From: Schizochytrium sp. TIO01
Taxonomy: Eukaryota > Protista > Bigyra: Labyrinthulomycetes
NCBI GenBank assembly: GCA_004764695.1
Contig: SMSO01000032.1
Coordinates: 5,798,483-5,862,482 of the forward strand
Direction: 5' to 3'
Length of the DNA: 64,000 bases
Shown here one piece after another: positions 1-10,443 of this stretch (positions are counted from its first letter, which is position 1; each line of letters starts with the position of its first letter). The translations under genes and the position numbers were made by a program. The notes beneath the pieces were generated by a model that saw only the letters and a program-made list of their open reading frames with translations, was not told the origin of the DNA and ran no database searches.

Positions 1-384
1 ATCGTGCACACTTAACGGTTTATCATTAGCCACTGTATAATGGACAAAGTTATTAATTGCAAAATTAATGACTGCCTTATCATCTTTGTTTTCAGTTAAA
101 TAAATATTATTCCAACGAGGTTCACTATGATTAAGTATGGTAACTTTAAGAACTTTCTTCCCATGTGGTGTCAATGAATCATTAATACAGTTAAGTTGAC
201 CTAGTGTATAAGCCATAAGTGCATTATGAATGTTATACACATCTATTGAAAAGTACATAGCAAACTCACCATAATCATCACGCATTTTTTTATAATCCGT
301 TTCATTAGGAATAACGATCTGACTATCACCTTGTGAGTTATTTCCCCTGAATTTATTATAAAATCCACTAAATGCCGCTTTCAT
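1..384 (-). CDS. hypothetical protein, partial (runs off window start)
   Basis: Manual translation from ATG at 384 (MKAAFSGFYNKFRGNNSQG...) is open to position 1; absent from ORF track because truncated. Confidence 0.6.
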   Translation of the reverse strand, partial: MKAAFSGFYNKFRGNNSQGDSQIVIPNETDYKKMRDDYGEFAMYFSIDVYNIHNALMAYTLGQLNCINDSLTPHGKKVLKVTILNHSEPRWNNIYLTENKDDKAVINFAINNFVHYTVANDKPLSVHD

Positions 385-489
385 ATCAGAATATCTATAT
401 AGCTACCACTCGAATTATGATAATAGATGGTCTTTTTTTATATATAGACGGGCTACCCATTTAATTATACTTTTGAAAAGGAAAGAAAG

Positions 490-1392
490 ATGGAGTGTTT
501 CCGCAGAAAACGAATGAATTCTGCTGGTAAGATTGAAACAGACATTTACACCTGTAGTATGGGTAAGTATACTCATATATTCTATGCATCAACCTACTGG
601 TGTTTGTTCGTATGCAGTTGGACATTGGTAGACGAACCGCTTGATGTCAATCTGTATAATACTAAGGCATACATGGACTGCTCAATAGATGGAGATGGTA
701 ACGCGAAGACATGCGTATCATCCTATGGTGTACAATTGGCATCATCAATCAAGGTGAGAACAGTCGTTAGTATGAATATAATGATTCTAGCTCTTTGTGA
801 GACCATACTGGGTATTCTTCACAATTTGGATAACTACCTAGTGGAAACATCTATAGAGTACATTAAAACCACATCTAGTAGTTTATTGTGGACCCTGAGT
901 ATTGGTGTGTTATGTGGCATCCAGGACATTAAGTTACTTTTCACATTAGGTATTATCGCATGTGAATCTCAATTTCTTCAATTCTTATTCGTCCAAGACG
1001 AAGATTCGTGGTACAGGTGGATATCATTCCTCGTTGGTTTTTTGAGTACCCTCACTTTGGTCTCAGTCATCCTTATAGCAAGTGTTATGTATAGTAGTGC
1101 CAGTGGTGACGTGACTGACTATTTTCACATTTATGTTAATTTATCAGTATTCAGTTTTTTCAAGATCATACAATGGGTACATCTTTTCTCTACTAACTTC
1201 TCTTCCTTTAGAGATCTGATATTCACTCACAAACCTGTCCCATCTATGGCATCTGGTATTGAAGATGATATAATGGAAGCATACCTGGACGCTCAGTATG
1301 TCATTTGGAGTTTACGTGATTGGTTCATGGAGGTTGCATTAGTCGTGAGTTTCATTGTATCTTCAAATTTACATAAGATTACTTATATTTAA
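490..1392 (+). CDS. divergent heliorhodopsin-like 7TM protein lacking retinal Lys
   Basis: IEYIKTTSSSLLWTLSIGVLCGIQDI resembles HeR TM3/4 (WVEYSLSSSVMIVLIA..GIxD); WISFLVG resembles TM5; YVIWSLRDW aligns to TM7 YIxLSLVAK. Confidence 0.6.
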   Translation: MECFRRKRMNSAGKIETDIYTCSMGKYTHIFYASTYWCLFVCSWTLVDEPLDVNLYNTKAYMDCSIDGDGNAKTCVSSYGVQLASSIKVRTVVSMNIMILALCETILGILHNLDNYLVETSIEYIKTTSSSLLWTLSIGVLCGIQDIKLLFTLGIIACESQFLQFLFVQDEDSWYRWISFLVGFLSTLTLVSVILIASVMYSSASGDVTDYFHIYVNLSVFSFFKIIQWVHLFSTNFSSFRDLIFTHKPVPSMASGIEDDIMEAYLDAQYVIWSLRDWFMEVALVVSFIVSSNLHKITYI

Positions 1393-1784
1393 GGACGTTC
1401 AAATTGTGTGGAAACGAGTTGAAGATGCCTTTTTTTTAGCCGCGGCTTTAACAACAACTCGTGGAGAAAATCGTCAAACATTATCGTATAATGTCCGGTA
1501 GATAAAAAGCGGTTTAGAATGGCCACAACAAATTTGTCCAGAACGGGATTATCTCTTTGTGGAACTGATATTTTTTGACGCATAGTAGCAAATCTGAGTG
1601 TTTTTTCAAAACGATCAGGGTCAATTTTATATTCATACATAAGCATCGGATAGACATAGTGGCGTTGTGTATTCAGTGCTATCCATAGAATAAGCTCACG
1701 TTTTATAAAAGGTAAGTTATTATTTATTGCGTAGGAAATAGCATTGTTCATTACAAGTAATGTTCTTTCACATGGCATAGTCAT
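1389..1784 (-). CDS. hypothetical protein
   Basis: ORF tiles between neighbours; first ATG at 1784 (track start 1853 is TTG). Confidence 0.55.
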   Translation of the reverse strand: MTMPCERTLLVMNNAISYAINNNLPFIKRELILWIALNTQRHYVYPMLMYEYKIDPDRFEKTLRFATMRQKISVPQRDNPVLDKFVVAILNRFLSTGHYTIMFDDFLHELLLKPRLKKRHLQLVSTQFERP

Positions 1785-1789
1785 AAAAG

Positions 1790-2089
1790 TTACCCTACAA
1801 CAATCTTCAGGAGTTCTGATCTGTCTTTCTGAGACAGTCGTTCCACAACCCAACTGTATCGCGTGAAGAGAGAAGATAGCTTAATAGCGAGATGCGGGAC
1901 TGCTGCCAATTCATGGTATGACATCAATGCAATGAGATCTTTCATACTTGCAACACGTGTAATTGTGATGGGTGTCCCGTCTGTTGATATTTTAGTTCTA
2001 ATATCATCCGATCCCGCAAAATACTTTGCATATGTTGAATAGTGCTCAGAGTTGGAAGGATGGAAGCCGTAAAACATATAATAAGTCAT
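1790..2089 (-). CDS. hypothetical protein
   Basis: 99-aa ATG ORF; ATGA overlap with upstream gene. Confidence 0.55.
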   Translation of the reverse strand: MTYYMFYGFHPSNSEHYSTYAKYFAGSDDIRTKISTDGTPITITRVASMKDLIALMSYHELAAVPHLAIKLSSLFTRYSWVVERLSQKDRSELLKIVVG

Positions 2090-2808
2090 GGTTCATTCAA
2101 TCTGGTTTTGCTTTTACTTTCCGTCAAATATGGGTTTATATCAATACATGCACCTATTTTAGATTGATTATTGAATACCCGTCTAATTAGGTTTTGCCCG
2201 TAGCGAATATCTGAGACTGAGAACTCATTGTATCGTCTCTTTTTATTAAGCGTGTTCAGCTCAAAATCTGGATGAGGACATACGACAAAATCCGCACGAT
2301 TGCAACAGAAGCCGTCGCGTAGCGAAAAGAGAATAGCTACTACAAAGGCTTGTCTGTCACGTCTATGCATATAGTGAGATGAGTTCTTGATTCTAAAAAT
2401 AAAGACTTCCCATAACCGCATGATTTGATACATTAGTTCCCTTGTCAAGGCGACATCTAATTTTGGTGATATAATGATTTCTGGACATTTAACAATGGGT
2501 AATATAAACTCCAGTGTTAGAAATCGGTTTTTAATTTGTTGGCACTTTTTCACCCGGGGCGTATACAAGGGACGGGACAAATTATTAATACCAATTCCCC
2601 CTGCACAAGCGCGTCTCTCGCAAATTAACGGTCCATGTACAAACCCTGTTAATGTACAAACTAAATTCTGATCAGAGTTGTAGAAAAGCTTATCACATGT
2701 GTACTCAGTGCAAACATGAACATCCCCGCAAAACTTGCATCGAAATGTATTCTGATCGGGTTGATCATCAATCATATGTGGCAGGTAACAATGTTTAATA
2801 CAAGTCAT
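2086..2808 (-). CDS. herpesvirus UL92/ORF31-like Cys-rich putative late transcription factor
   Basis: FRCKFCGDVHVCTEYTC...NLVCTLTGFV matches the UL92-family pattern CxxCxxxHxC...C...VCxxTG. Confidence 0.6.
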   Translation of the reverse strand: MTCIKHCYLPHMIDDQPDQNTFRCKFCGDVHVCTEYTCDKLFYNSDQNLVCTLTGFVHGPLICERRACAGGIGINNLSRPLYTPRVKKCQQIKNRFLTLEFILPIVKCPEIIISPKLDVALTRELMYQIMRLWEVFIFRIKNSSHYMHRRDRQAFVVAILFSLRDGFCCNRADFVVCPHPDFELNTLNKKRRYNEFSVSDIRYGQNLIRRVFNNQSKIGACIDINPYLTESKSKTRLNEP

Positions 2809-2887
2809 AATGTTAACATAACACTATTCGATTCACTTTCGTTCTTTTATATATTCCATTTAAATTGCAATCAAGAGAGACTCACAC

Positions 2888-3751
2888 ATGGAGGTGTTAT
2901 TGAAAACCTTTCAACTAGTTATTTCTATAGGACTCGCTGTAGCGGCGAAAGAGTGTCTAAGCTACGACGAAGACAATCTCTTTACTGACCTAGCATACAC
3001 GAGTGGGCAAAAGATTTGTGCATTCTCGTCTGAAAACTATACATTTCAGAATTGCTCAGTGTACTCACCTTTATTTGAGTCGTCAAGTCCCACCGTTCCT
3101 GAAAATATTACATGTGTAGCTGGTCAATCAAGTTCTGTCTTCATTGACACTGGATCCGATCAAGTTGAAGCGTGTTGGCGAGCATGTATTCTCCACTCAG
3201 AATTTGTCTGTTCATCTTTCACAGTTCAACCTCTTTCGGGTGACTCTATGCAATGCTTTCTCACATCCTGTATTGGGCCACTTCTTACTTCAGAAACACC
3301 TGACTATTATACCACGGCGTATTCGACTGGAGAGTTAGGTGATTCATACGATGACCAATCTAACAAAATACACACCGGCTATACTTACACAAACCGAACT
3401 TCTTCCAATACAACTCTCCAGGCTTTTTTCTTCCAAAATTCCGAGGAATGCTATACGGAGTATATAGAATATAACGCGTCAAGTCCAGCACCGACATACT
3501 CTCCGACATCCGTGCCAACATCAGAAGCACCAAGTGCTGCACCGACACACAGAGAATACTTCCATGATTCACTATCAACACATACAATAATCACAATGGT
3601 ATATACATGCCTAGGTGTTATAACCATGGCTATAGTTCTTGTGTATGCATGCTGTAAGAGGAAGCATCCCTATCATTCAGTTGGGGACAAAGGATCCCCT
3701 GATAACAAAGTAGAAAGTGTGAATTCGGCTGGCTCTAGGATTATTTTCTAA
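2888..3751 (+). CDS. type I membrane glycoprotein with PAN/apple-like domain and P/T stalk
   Basis: Signal peptide; EACWRACILHSEFVCSSFTV...QCFLTSC; APTYSPTSVPTSEAPSAAPT stalk; C-terminal TM helix. Confidence 0.7.
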   Translation: MEVLLKTFQLVISIGLAVAAKECLSYDEDNLFTDLAYTSGQKICAFSSENYTFQNCSVYSPLFESSSPTVPENITCVAGQSSSVFIDTGSDQVEACWRACILHSEFVCSSFTVQPLSGDSMQCFLTSCIGPLLTSETPDYYTTAYSTGELGDSYDDQSNKIHTGYTYTNRTSSNTTLQAFFFQNSEECYTEYIEYNASSPAPTYSPTSVPTSEAPSAAPTHREYFHDSLSTHTIITMVYTCLGVITMAIVLVYACCKRKHPYHSVGDKGSPDNKVESVNSAGSRIIF

Positions 3752-4104
3752 CATTGCAACACGTAGGTGAATTCATCATCAAGGTCAACCGGAATCATCT
3801 CCAGACTAAACTTATCATCTAATATGTTCTTGATTGTAAACAAAACAACATGTTTATAATGATGACAACTCTTATATTGCTTAAACCGTTTGTCTAAGCT
3901 TTGTATGTATTTTGTAAAACATACCAAAAGTGAGTCTGTCGAAATTCTACAATTGGAAGAACACATCGGACATTCATAAGTAGTCACACGCGCACATGGG
4001 CAAATTATACAATCCGATCGTACAATACATTCCATGCACAAATAGAAATAACAATTGACGCATTTAATCCCCACATGTTTGAAACAGAGGCAACACTTCC
4101 TCAT
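3748..4104 (-). CDS. RING-like zinc finger protein
   Basis: CCLC...CVNC...LCMEC...CPMC spacing. Confidence 0.6.
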   Translation of the reverse strand: MRKCCLCFKHVGIKCVNCYFYLCMECIVRSDCIICPCARVTTYECPMCSSNCRISTDSLLVCFTKYIQSLDKRFKQYKSCHHYKHVVLFTIKNILDDKFSLEMIPVDLDDEFTYVLQC

Positions 4105-4257
4105 AATTAAAGCTATACATTATCGAGAATAAAGAATAATTAATATAATATTGTATTATGAATGAGTATAGTAAGTCATTCGAGGAGAAACGGGGGTTGA
4201 TAGTTTCAATTACATTCTTCCTTTTAGGCATTACAGTGTGCATATTCACAAAATTAC

Positions 4258-5103
4258 TTAAAAATCAATTACCTCCCACATTCTTGATAAAAGTTTTACC
4301 CAATCATTATAAAAACCTCGTGGCGGCCGAGGTTTCTCAAAAAGGAACATCTGGCTAAATACACCATGTTTATTCACAATAGATCTCATTATTGAGAACA
4401 CATCATATGTTTGTCTATTTATCTTGTAACATCTCAACAGACCTACAATTGTGGCCTTAATGGCCATTCGATCTTGACAGAGAGCTTTTAATGCACCCTC
4501 AACAAATTCGTCTATCGATAGAATATCTGCCCTATTGACAAAACACGAAACAGCAATATCACGATGGTAAAGCCTTTGCATAATAAGAATCTTCATACAC
4601 CGTTCATCTCGTTGTGTGAATACTGTGGAGAAGATACTCGGCTCACCACGAAATATAAATCCGACCGGCCAACGTGAAGAGTAATTGTTCAGATAAAAAT
4701 CCACAAGCGCCAGATCTTCATCTTCAATAGCTTGTACAACGCAAGAATATGAAGCAAACATAGACTTGCGCTTCAACAATGCTAATACACTCATCCTATC
4801 AGGTCTACGCTGGAGATTGAGTATAATATCACTGGGGACCTCATGGGAGACTACCTCAAGCATCATAGTAAATGATTTTAGTGAATAGGCCGATATGAGT
4901 GGTTGGTAGTTAGCGTGACGAATTAGTCTTGAATGCCCTAACTTGATTATAGCACTTACAAACCAATCATTATTCATCACGAGCGCAATGCATAAGTGTA
5001 AGGGGGACAGATCATGACCAAGTCTGACAACATAGTCGATAGCTTCCTTTTCACTTCCTATAGTACCAATTGCCTTACCCAGTGGATCCGAGAACACACT
5101 CAT
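4258..5103 (-). CDS. hypothetical protein with degenerate ankyrin-like repeats
   Basis: SPLHLCIAL and VVQAIEDEDLALVDFYL helix-pair patterns. Confidence 0.45.
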   Translation of the reverse strand: MSVFSDPLGKAIGTIGSEKEAIDYVVRLGHDLSPLHLCIALVMNNDWFVSAIIKLGHSRLIRHANYQPLISAYSLKSFTMMLEVVSHEVPSDIILNLQRRPDRMSVLALLKRKSMFASYSCVVQAIEDEDLALVDFYLNNYSSRWPVGFIFRGEPSIFSTVFTQRDERCMKILIMQRLYHRDIAVSCFVNRADILSIDEFVEGALKALCQDRMAIKATIVGLLRCYKINRQTYDVFSIMRSIVNKHGVFSQMFLFEKPRPPRGFYNDWVKLLSRMWEVIDF

Positions 5104-5374
5104 TGCAATAGTATATTACGGGTTTGTTGCTAACATCTTGAAATTAACAATAAGATTCTACGGAACTACCACTTTTATTAGCTTTATTTACACAACTCTC
5201 CAGACTAGTGTTTTCCGTATAGGCTTCTACAGAACTGCCATTTTTAATTACACATAGAACGTTATGTGAAACTTCTAAACGCGGAGGGTCATTGGTATCA
5301 TTCATAACCAGTTACCAAACATCAACCCCGGAGTATCTATTGTGCGAAGACGTTGATAATATTGATAAGAGATC

Positions 5375-6244
5375 ATGACAGGGTTGGTTTTCGTATCCAT
5401 CGCGGTTGTGTTAGCGGCTTCCGTTATGTACTATCTCATCGACAATCAGTGGGAGATACCAGTGGAATATTTGTACTTCACACTAGGTTGTGTGGCTAAT
5501 ACCGTCATGACTTGGTTATTCAACTTATTTCAATGCGAGTCAATGAAGCACTTATATATTTACGCCTATACAACGGTGATAGGAATAAAACTTCACTTCA
5601 GTTGGCCGTGGTTTAAGAATTTTGAAAAACGTGCTTTAGAAGTTGGTGTTCATCAAACTGCAATTAATGCTATCCGCAATATGCAAAGTAGTAAGGACTT
5701 CGATTGTTCATCTTTCAAGTGGAACGGAGATCTTCTGTTTGATGTGAAAAAGTTCTTCAACAGTCCGATGATGGAGGTTTATATGGAAGTACAGAAAAAT
5801 GACAAATTATTACCATTTATCAGACAAAATATTTTTGTTAAAGTATTGTGGTTGTACATTCATTTTAACCAGAATATCTTGGACAACCCGACAGATGGTA
5901 TTAAAGCTATAATTCGCTTTATCACAATATATGTATGCCTGGATCTTAACGATCGCTATAAATATTTTGATGAGACAGTTATGGATAATTTTACAACTGT
6001 CAACGACTTCATGGTGAAATATAAAATCGATGATAATTTACAGATTGTATACAGTCATTTGAATAGCAGTGGTTTATTCTATATATACAGTAGTAATATG
6101 AATGTGCGCGTATATGATGATAGAATGGAAAAACTATTTGAAAAACTTGATGTACATCATAAAATTGTACATGGTTGTTATAATAAATGCCTCGGTGCTA
6201 ATATAAATCTTCACAAAGCATATAAGGGCATTAAATTTAATTAA
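5375..6244 (+). CDS. hypothetical membrane protein
   Basis: 289-aa ORF with hydrophobic N-terminal segments. Confidence 0.65.
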   Translation: MTGLVFVSIAVVLAASVMYYLIDNQWEIPVEYLYFTLGCVANTVMTWLFNLFQCESMKHLYIYAYTTVIGIKLHFSWPWFKNFEKRALEVGVHQTAINAIRNMQSSKDFDCSSFKWNGDLLFDVKKFFNSPMMEVYMEVQKNDKLLPFIRQNIFVKVLWLYIHFNQNILDNPTDGIKAIIRFITIYVCLDLNDRYKYFDETVMDNFTTVNDFMVKYKIDDNLQIVYSHLNSSGLFYIYSSNMNVRVYDDRMEKLFEKLDVHHKIVHGCYNKCLGANINLHKAYKGIKFN

Positions 6245-6568
6245 TAAATGTTACTATTTCTTCTACTAAGTTTTGACTTGATGAGTTTTTCGTTATAAAA
6301 TGTCGATTTTTTTGCAAAAATAAAATATAATTCAGCAACATTTGGTTTATCATTATTGTATGTACTTTTAAGATTCATGATACCAGTGGAGCTTCTCTGG
6401 AGTTGTTGTATGAGAAACGGAACATCCTCTCATGCACATTTTGATTATTCAGTAATGTTTGTTATTATGTGATTTATCTCTGAAGCACCATCTTTAAATT
6501 ATGTTTGTAAATTTATTTTCCTCTAGAGATAGGTGTGAGGTAGGATCAAAATTTTGATATTGGATCTG

Positions 6569-6582
6569 CAGCAAACCCCTAA
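6569..6582 (+). promoter_or_regulatory. class-E upstream motif CAGCAAACCCCTAA
   Basis: Recurrent motif, 11 nt before ATG 6594; repeated at 7067-7079 just before ATG 7081. Confidence 0.6.
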
Positions 6583-6593
6583 TTCACTCAACC

Positions 6594-7079
6594 ATGTCGC
6601 AAGTTCAGGAGTGCGACTGTTCATCATGCACCAACATGGTAATACGTGCCAAGTTCTTTATACTTATTCGCTCCCTTATATGTTTATCAGCAGTTAGTAT
6701 GGTGATTGCCTTATTTTATATGGTATTTGGTACCGATTATCTCCTTGAAATATATTCACACGGAACACTTCCTTTAACTGAATACATTGAGTTAGTGTCG
6801 TATCTTTTTGGCTGGTGCTTCTACACTATCAGTCTGATTGCATTAACCGCAACAAGTATCATAGGGATGATCATATTTACAGTTATTAGGTATACTGGAG
6901 GTGATGAAATTACACACCTCATGGAGTCCGCTGTAAGGTCCGCTCATGGCTCTTCTTGTATTCACAAAGTGTGGTTTTACTGCTCTTCTGGTTTGAGATA
7001 CACCTGGCTCCGTGAGATTAATATAATGATTCGTGAGTTTGACCACGTCTGCGAATACGACTATAAAGCAAACCCCTAA
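6594..7079 (+). CDS. hypothetical 2-TM protein
   Basis: Two long hydrophobic segments; class-E motif upstream. Confidence 0.65.
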   Translation: MSQVQECDCSSCTNMVIRAKFFILIRSLICLSAVSMVIALFYMVFGTDYLLEIYSHGTLPLTEYIELVSYLFGWCFYTISLIALTATSIIGMIIFTVIRYTGGDEITHLMESAVRSAHGSSCIHKVWFYCSSGLRYTWLREINIMIREFDHVCEYDYKANP

Positions 7080-7080
7080 C

Positions 7081-7587
7081 ATGGAAAATTATACTTCATT
7101 CTTTGATACTCTTTCTCTAAGCCTTGGATCAGCTACTCATCGGTCTAGGCGTCGCTATGGCATCACGATCACAAAATTGTCCAATATCAGTGGTCGTCTT
7201 TTGATTATTGGGAATCTGGTGTACGATTGCGAGCGAGTTTCGAGGAAACGCAAGCGAGCCCAAGAAGACGACATGACTACTGAATGTGAAGATGGAAGTG
7301 CAAATCATAACCCCGATGGTAAACCATTTATCATGGTTTTAGTTAGAGATCCGGACCTCTTAGATGAATTTGAAACTGTGCAGAACTTTTGGGTCAACAC
7401 AGTGCCGAATACAACAGGCGCGATTCTCTTTTACGGAGAGCCAACCAAAAAGTTAAGACTCCGGATTGGAAAAATGTTTACCATCAAGGCTCGAAACCTT
7501 GTTACAAAGTATCCTCACGGCAAAGAAGCAATTATCACTACCAATGCAACATTTCAATGTACTTTTGATAATTCAACAGTACGATAA
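7081..7587 (+). CDS. hypothetical protein (beta-rich, possible OB-like fold, NLS RKRKR)
   Basis: ATG at 7081 directly after class-E motif; the fold is a guess. Confidence 0.55.
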   Translation: MENYTSFFDTLSLSLGSATHRSRRRYGITITKLSNISGRLLIIGNLVYDCERVSRKRKRAQEDDMTTECEDGSANHNPDGKPFIMVLVRDPDLLDEFETVQNFWVNTVPNTTGAILFYGEPTKKLRLRIGKMFTIKARNLVTKYPHGKEAIITTNATFQCTFDNSTVR

Positions 7588-8038
7588 TGGATACCATAAT
7601 AAATAAGATAACCCATACTCCTACAAGTGAAATGATTTGTTTATTTTGTTTCTTCTTCACTTCATCATGTACAGAATGAGTTAATACCAATTGTCCGTCT
7701 TCAATTCTAAATAAAAAGCCTGGTTTTTCTTGGTGCACTAATTCACTCAGTGTGCCTGTAAAATTGAGCACCTTGCAAATGGTTTCTTGACTATCTGGGT
7801 CAACAAATTCATCTGCAAAAGCTAAATCAGACCATTGACTTTTCAACATTTTCTGAAATTCCCAAAAGGTTCCAGAACGACTTCCCCAAGAATTAGGCGG
7901 AACTGTTTGCACTTGCTCATTTGTCTGAACATCACCATCTTCCTCTTCGTGGGTTCCATCCGTAAAGGGTGCACGCAGAGCAACTGACTCCGTAGTCCTC
8001 GAACGCTTTCTGAGCATCACGCTGGCTTTCACAGGCAT
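7538..8038 (-). CDS. tail-anchored membrane protein
   Basis: Single C-terminal TM (IISLVGVWVILFIMVSIIVLL); first ATG at 8038. Confidence 0.6.
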   Translation of the reverse strand: MPVKASVMLRKRSRTTESVALRAPFTDGTHEEEDGDVQTNEQVQTVPPNSWGSRSGTFWEFQKMLKSQWSDLAFADEFVDPDSQETICKVLNFTGTLSELVHQEKPGFLFRIEDGQLVLTHSVHDEVKKKQNKQIISLVGVWVILFIMVSIIVLLNYQKYIEMLHW

Positions 8039-8103
8039 AACTTTCAATTCTTCGTATATTATATTACATCTTTCTCAATTAAAAGGAATAAGTTAATATC
8101 ATC

Positions 8104-9561
8104 ATGCCTGGTTTCGGTAGTGGTATTTTCAAGTTTGACTATAACGAGGATGTATATCCGCTTAATTTAATGGTCTATAGAGAAGTAGAGTACTTTCTGA
8201 ACTCCAATGCAACGGCTGCGCATTGTTTGAGTACATTAGAACGGTTCATTGTCCGTTCATTGAAAATCAGAGGAGCATCGCATCTCTTTGATGTTTATAT
8301 CACAAAGTATTACATTCCATTTTTCAGAAACCTACTAGAAGTCGTACTAATCATGGGATGGTGTCCTTATCATTTTGTGAAAATTTCAACAAATGTTGCA
8401 AATCGCAAAAAGAAAGAAACGATTGTGGTTCCCGCCATTTTCCCTCTTGATAATGCCAAGTTTGAAATGGTGGTTGATAAGAAGAAGCACACCTACACCA
8501 TGCGTGCCTTATCGAACGATGGAATGGATGAAATCAAAAATATCCACTATGTATTCATGCACGATAAATTCCGTTTTGCCAACAGATATCTTATGCACAG
8601 CCCTCTCATCGGTTTAGTCGGCGAATTCAGGTATCTAGAGAGCATAAAAAAGTTCACAATTCAAGCCGAGTTTGTTCGTTCACACCCGAGCATCTATCTG
8701 GAGTCTGCAGAGTCGAGTCAAACACAGCTTGGTAGTGCCAGGGGCGCAGACGCATTTAGCAACCCCAACGTATCTTCGAATGGGTTGCCGACGGATCCCC
8801 TCCGTTCAATTCGACGTATGCATGACGCCGGTGCTACACCTGTCGAGACCAAGGCAAAATGTTTGAATGAGGCGAGCAAGTCGATGCTTGAAAACATCAG
8901 ATTTCACGCGCAGCAGATGCAAGAGCTGGTTAGTAATCAGAATCAAAACTACTTTAATAAGGGTCTTAACTACCTCCCTATGCACACAAACTCACTATTC
9001 ATTGTGCCACCAGGTATGAAACTAGCTAGTCGTCCTGACATGCCTCAGTCACGTGTTGATCAAACAATCCTCGAAGCGAACTTGGCCAGCCAGGTGTTTA
9101 TTGCATTGGGGGTACCAGAGAGCATTTTCGGACCCAAATCGGGAAGTTTTTTGAAACGATTCGCTGAAGCCTCTGGAAGCAACGGAAGGGCCAAAAACAA
9201 TACTGAGACCAGTATTATGCAGATCAATGCTTTTGAAGCAACACTCGACCGCTTCCGTGACCTGTTCACTGATACTATGGTTGATATTTACTGGATTATT
9301 TTCCAAAAACACATTAGTACTAGACGAATTGAATTTCAATCTCCCCATCTATACAAGGAGTTTCTCAAGGCTGTAATGGCATCTTTTCACAAAGATGATA
9401 ATTCGGATACACAAGGTGATATGCAAAAGAAGACCCGTCAGAGAAGAAAGCGCGACTCATTAGAAGAAGAAGAAGAAGAGGAAGAGGAAGAAGAAGATGG
9501 TGATCTTGCAGACAATAAAACACCCGAAAGAAAACGTGCATCTAAACGACCAAGGAAGTAA
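8104..9561 (+). CDS. portal protein (Duplodnaviria/HK97-like)
   Basis: LLEVVLIMGWCPY, SPLIGLVGEF and QVFIALGVPESIFG...AFEATLDRF resemble conserved portal blocks (LxxxGNAY, SPL, IAxAxGVPxxxxG); acidic/basic NLS tail. Confidence 0.65.
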   Translation: MPGFGSGIFKFDYNEDVYPLNLMVYREVEYFLNSNATAAHCLSTLERFIVRSLKIRGASHLFDVYITKYYIPFFRNLLEVVLIMGWCPYHFVKISTNVANRKKKETIVVPAIFPLDNAKFEMVVDKKKHTYTMRALSNDGMDEIKNIHYVFMHDKFRFANRYLMHSPLIGLVGEFRYLESIKKFTIQAEFVRSHPSIYLESAESSQTQLGSARGADAFSNPNVSSNGLPTDPLRSIRRMHDAGATPVETKAKCLNEASKSMLENIRFHAQQMQELVSNQNQNYFNKGLNYLPMHTNSLFIVPPGMKLASRPDMPQSRVDQTILEANLASQVFIALGVPESIFGPKSGSFLKRFAEASGSNGRAKNNTETSIMQINAFEATLDRFRDLFTDTMVDIYWIIFQKHISTRRIEFQSPHLYKEFLKAVMASFHKDDNSDTQGDMQKKTRQRRKRDSLEEEEEEEEEEEDGDLADNKTPERKRASKRPRK

Positions 9562-9610
9562 AAGAATGTATTTGAATGAATAAATATCCTATAATCATTA
9601 TCCCTGCATC

Positions 9611-10435
9611 ATGGTGAGAGTTTACGAAAGTGTGTATACTTACCTTGCCTTTGTCTACTTGTTTCTAGTATCTGTCATCTACGCCACTATATATCACAAG
9701 TATACTGATCACCAGCCCTTCACAATCCTTAGCTTTGTAATTATCAATACGATTGCTCGCAACTCTTACCGAAGCAAGTATATCATTAGAAGTGTTGTCC
9801 ACAAACATATTTGGAAAACCATTACTATCGCATTTTATGGCATTCTTGTGAACAATGTGCATGATATTCTTTTTAGAGATTTCCATTCTCAGAATACCGC
9901 ACTCAACGGCATTGTTTCTGTCGGATACATTGGCGTTATATGGTTCATTACCTACTATTTGAAAAGGGATCATCTTGCTATTTATGTTCACATGCTCATG
10001 TTTTATGTCCCGATCGCACGTGACTGGGAAATCAATCTTTATCTGTATGTCATGTACATTACGGCTTCTATCATGGTGCTCTTTACAAAATGTTCGAGGA
10101 GTCTACTTTCTGATTCCTCCATCCATCAGAGATCAGTCATTAGGTTCTTTATGTACATCAGAGTATCAGACCCCTTTGTATTGTTTGGTCTCCTGAATCT
10201 ATATCTGGAGTACTATACCTTGAAATGGGAAGAAGTCGAGGCACTTCTTACAATTCGAGGTGCGCTTGATGAAGAGATTGCTCGAGTAGATCGTCACATT
10301 GAGCAACAATCCACATCAGCTGGTACGAATAAATTCATCCACTCAATTACCATTGATTCGGATTATGAAGACAAGAAAGTATATATGAAAACAGATGATC
10401 CCACAATCAGTAGCATAACACCTGATTCTCCATAA
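9611..10435 (+). CDS. multi-pass membrane protein
   Basis: About 6-7 hydrophobic segments. Confidence 0.65.
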   Translation: MVRVYESVYTYLAFVYLFLVSVIYATIYHKYTDHQPFTILSFVIINTIARNSYRSKYIIRSVVHKHIWKTITIAFYGILVNNVHDILFRDFHSQNTALNGIVSVGYIGVIWFITYYLKRDHLAIYVHMLMFYVPIARDWEINLYLYVMYITASIMVLFTKCSRSLLSDSSIHQRSVIRFFMYIRVSDPFVLFGLLNLYLEYYTLKWEEVEALLTIRGALDEEIARVDRHIEQQSTSAGTNKFIHSITIDSDYEDKKVYMKTDDPTISSITPDSP

Positions 10436-10443
10436 TATCAAAC

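Noticed and set aside
1785-1853. MGCGTT N-myristoylation/palmitoylation signal on ORF 1389-1853
   Set aside because: The track start is TTG inside the neighbouring gene; the first ATG is at 1784
5156-5254. Short imperfect direct repeat TTCTAC(G/A)GAACT(A/G)CCA in an intergenic region
   Set aside because: Two ~25-bp copies only, with no link to other elements
6245-6500. Possible decayed minus-strand gene
   Set aside because: Several stops and no recognisable product; cannot be supported
7538-8038. Tail-anchored protein as a herpes nuclear egress (UL34-like) subunit
   Set aside because: Only the topology matches; no sequence motif supports it without a structure search
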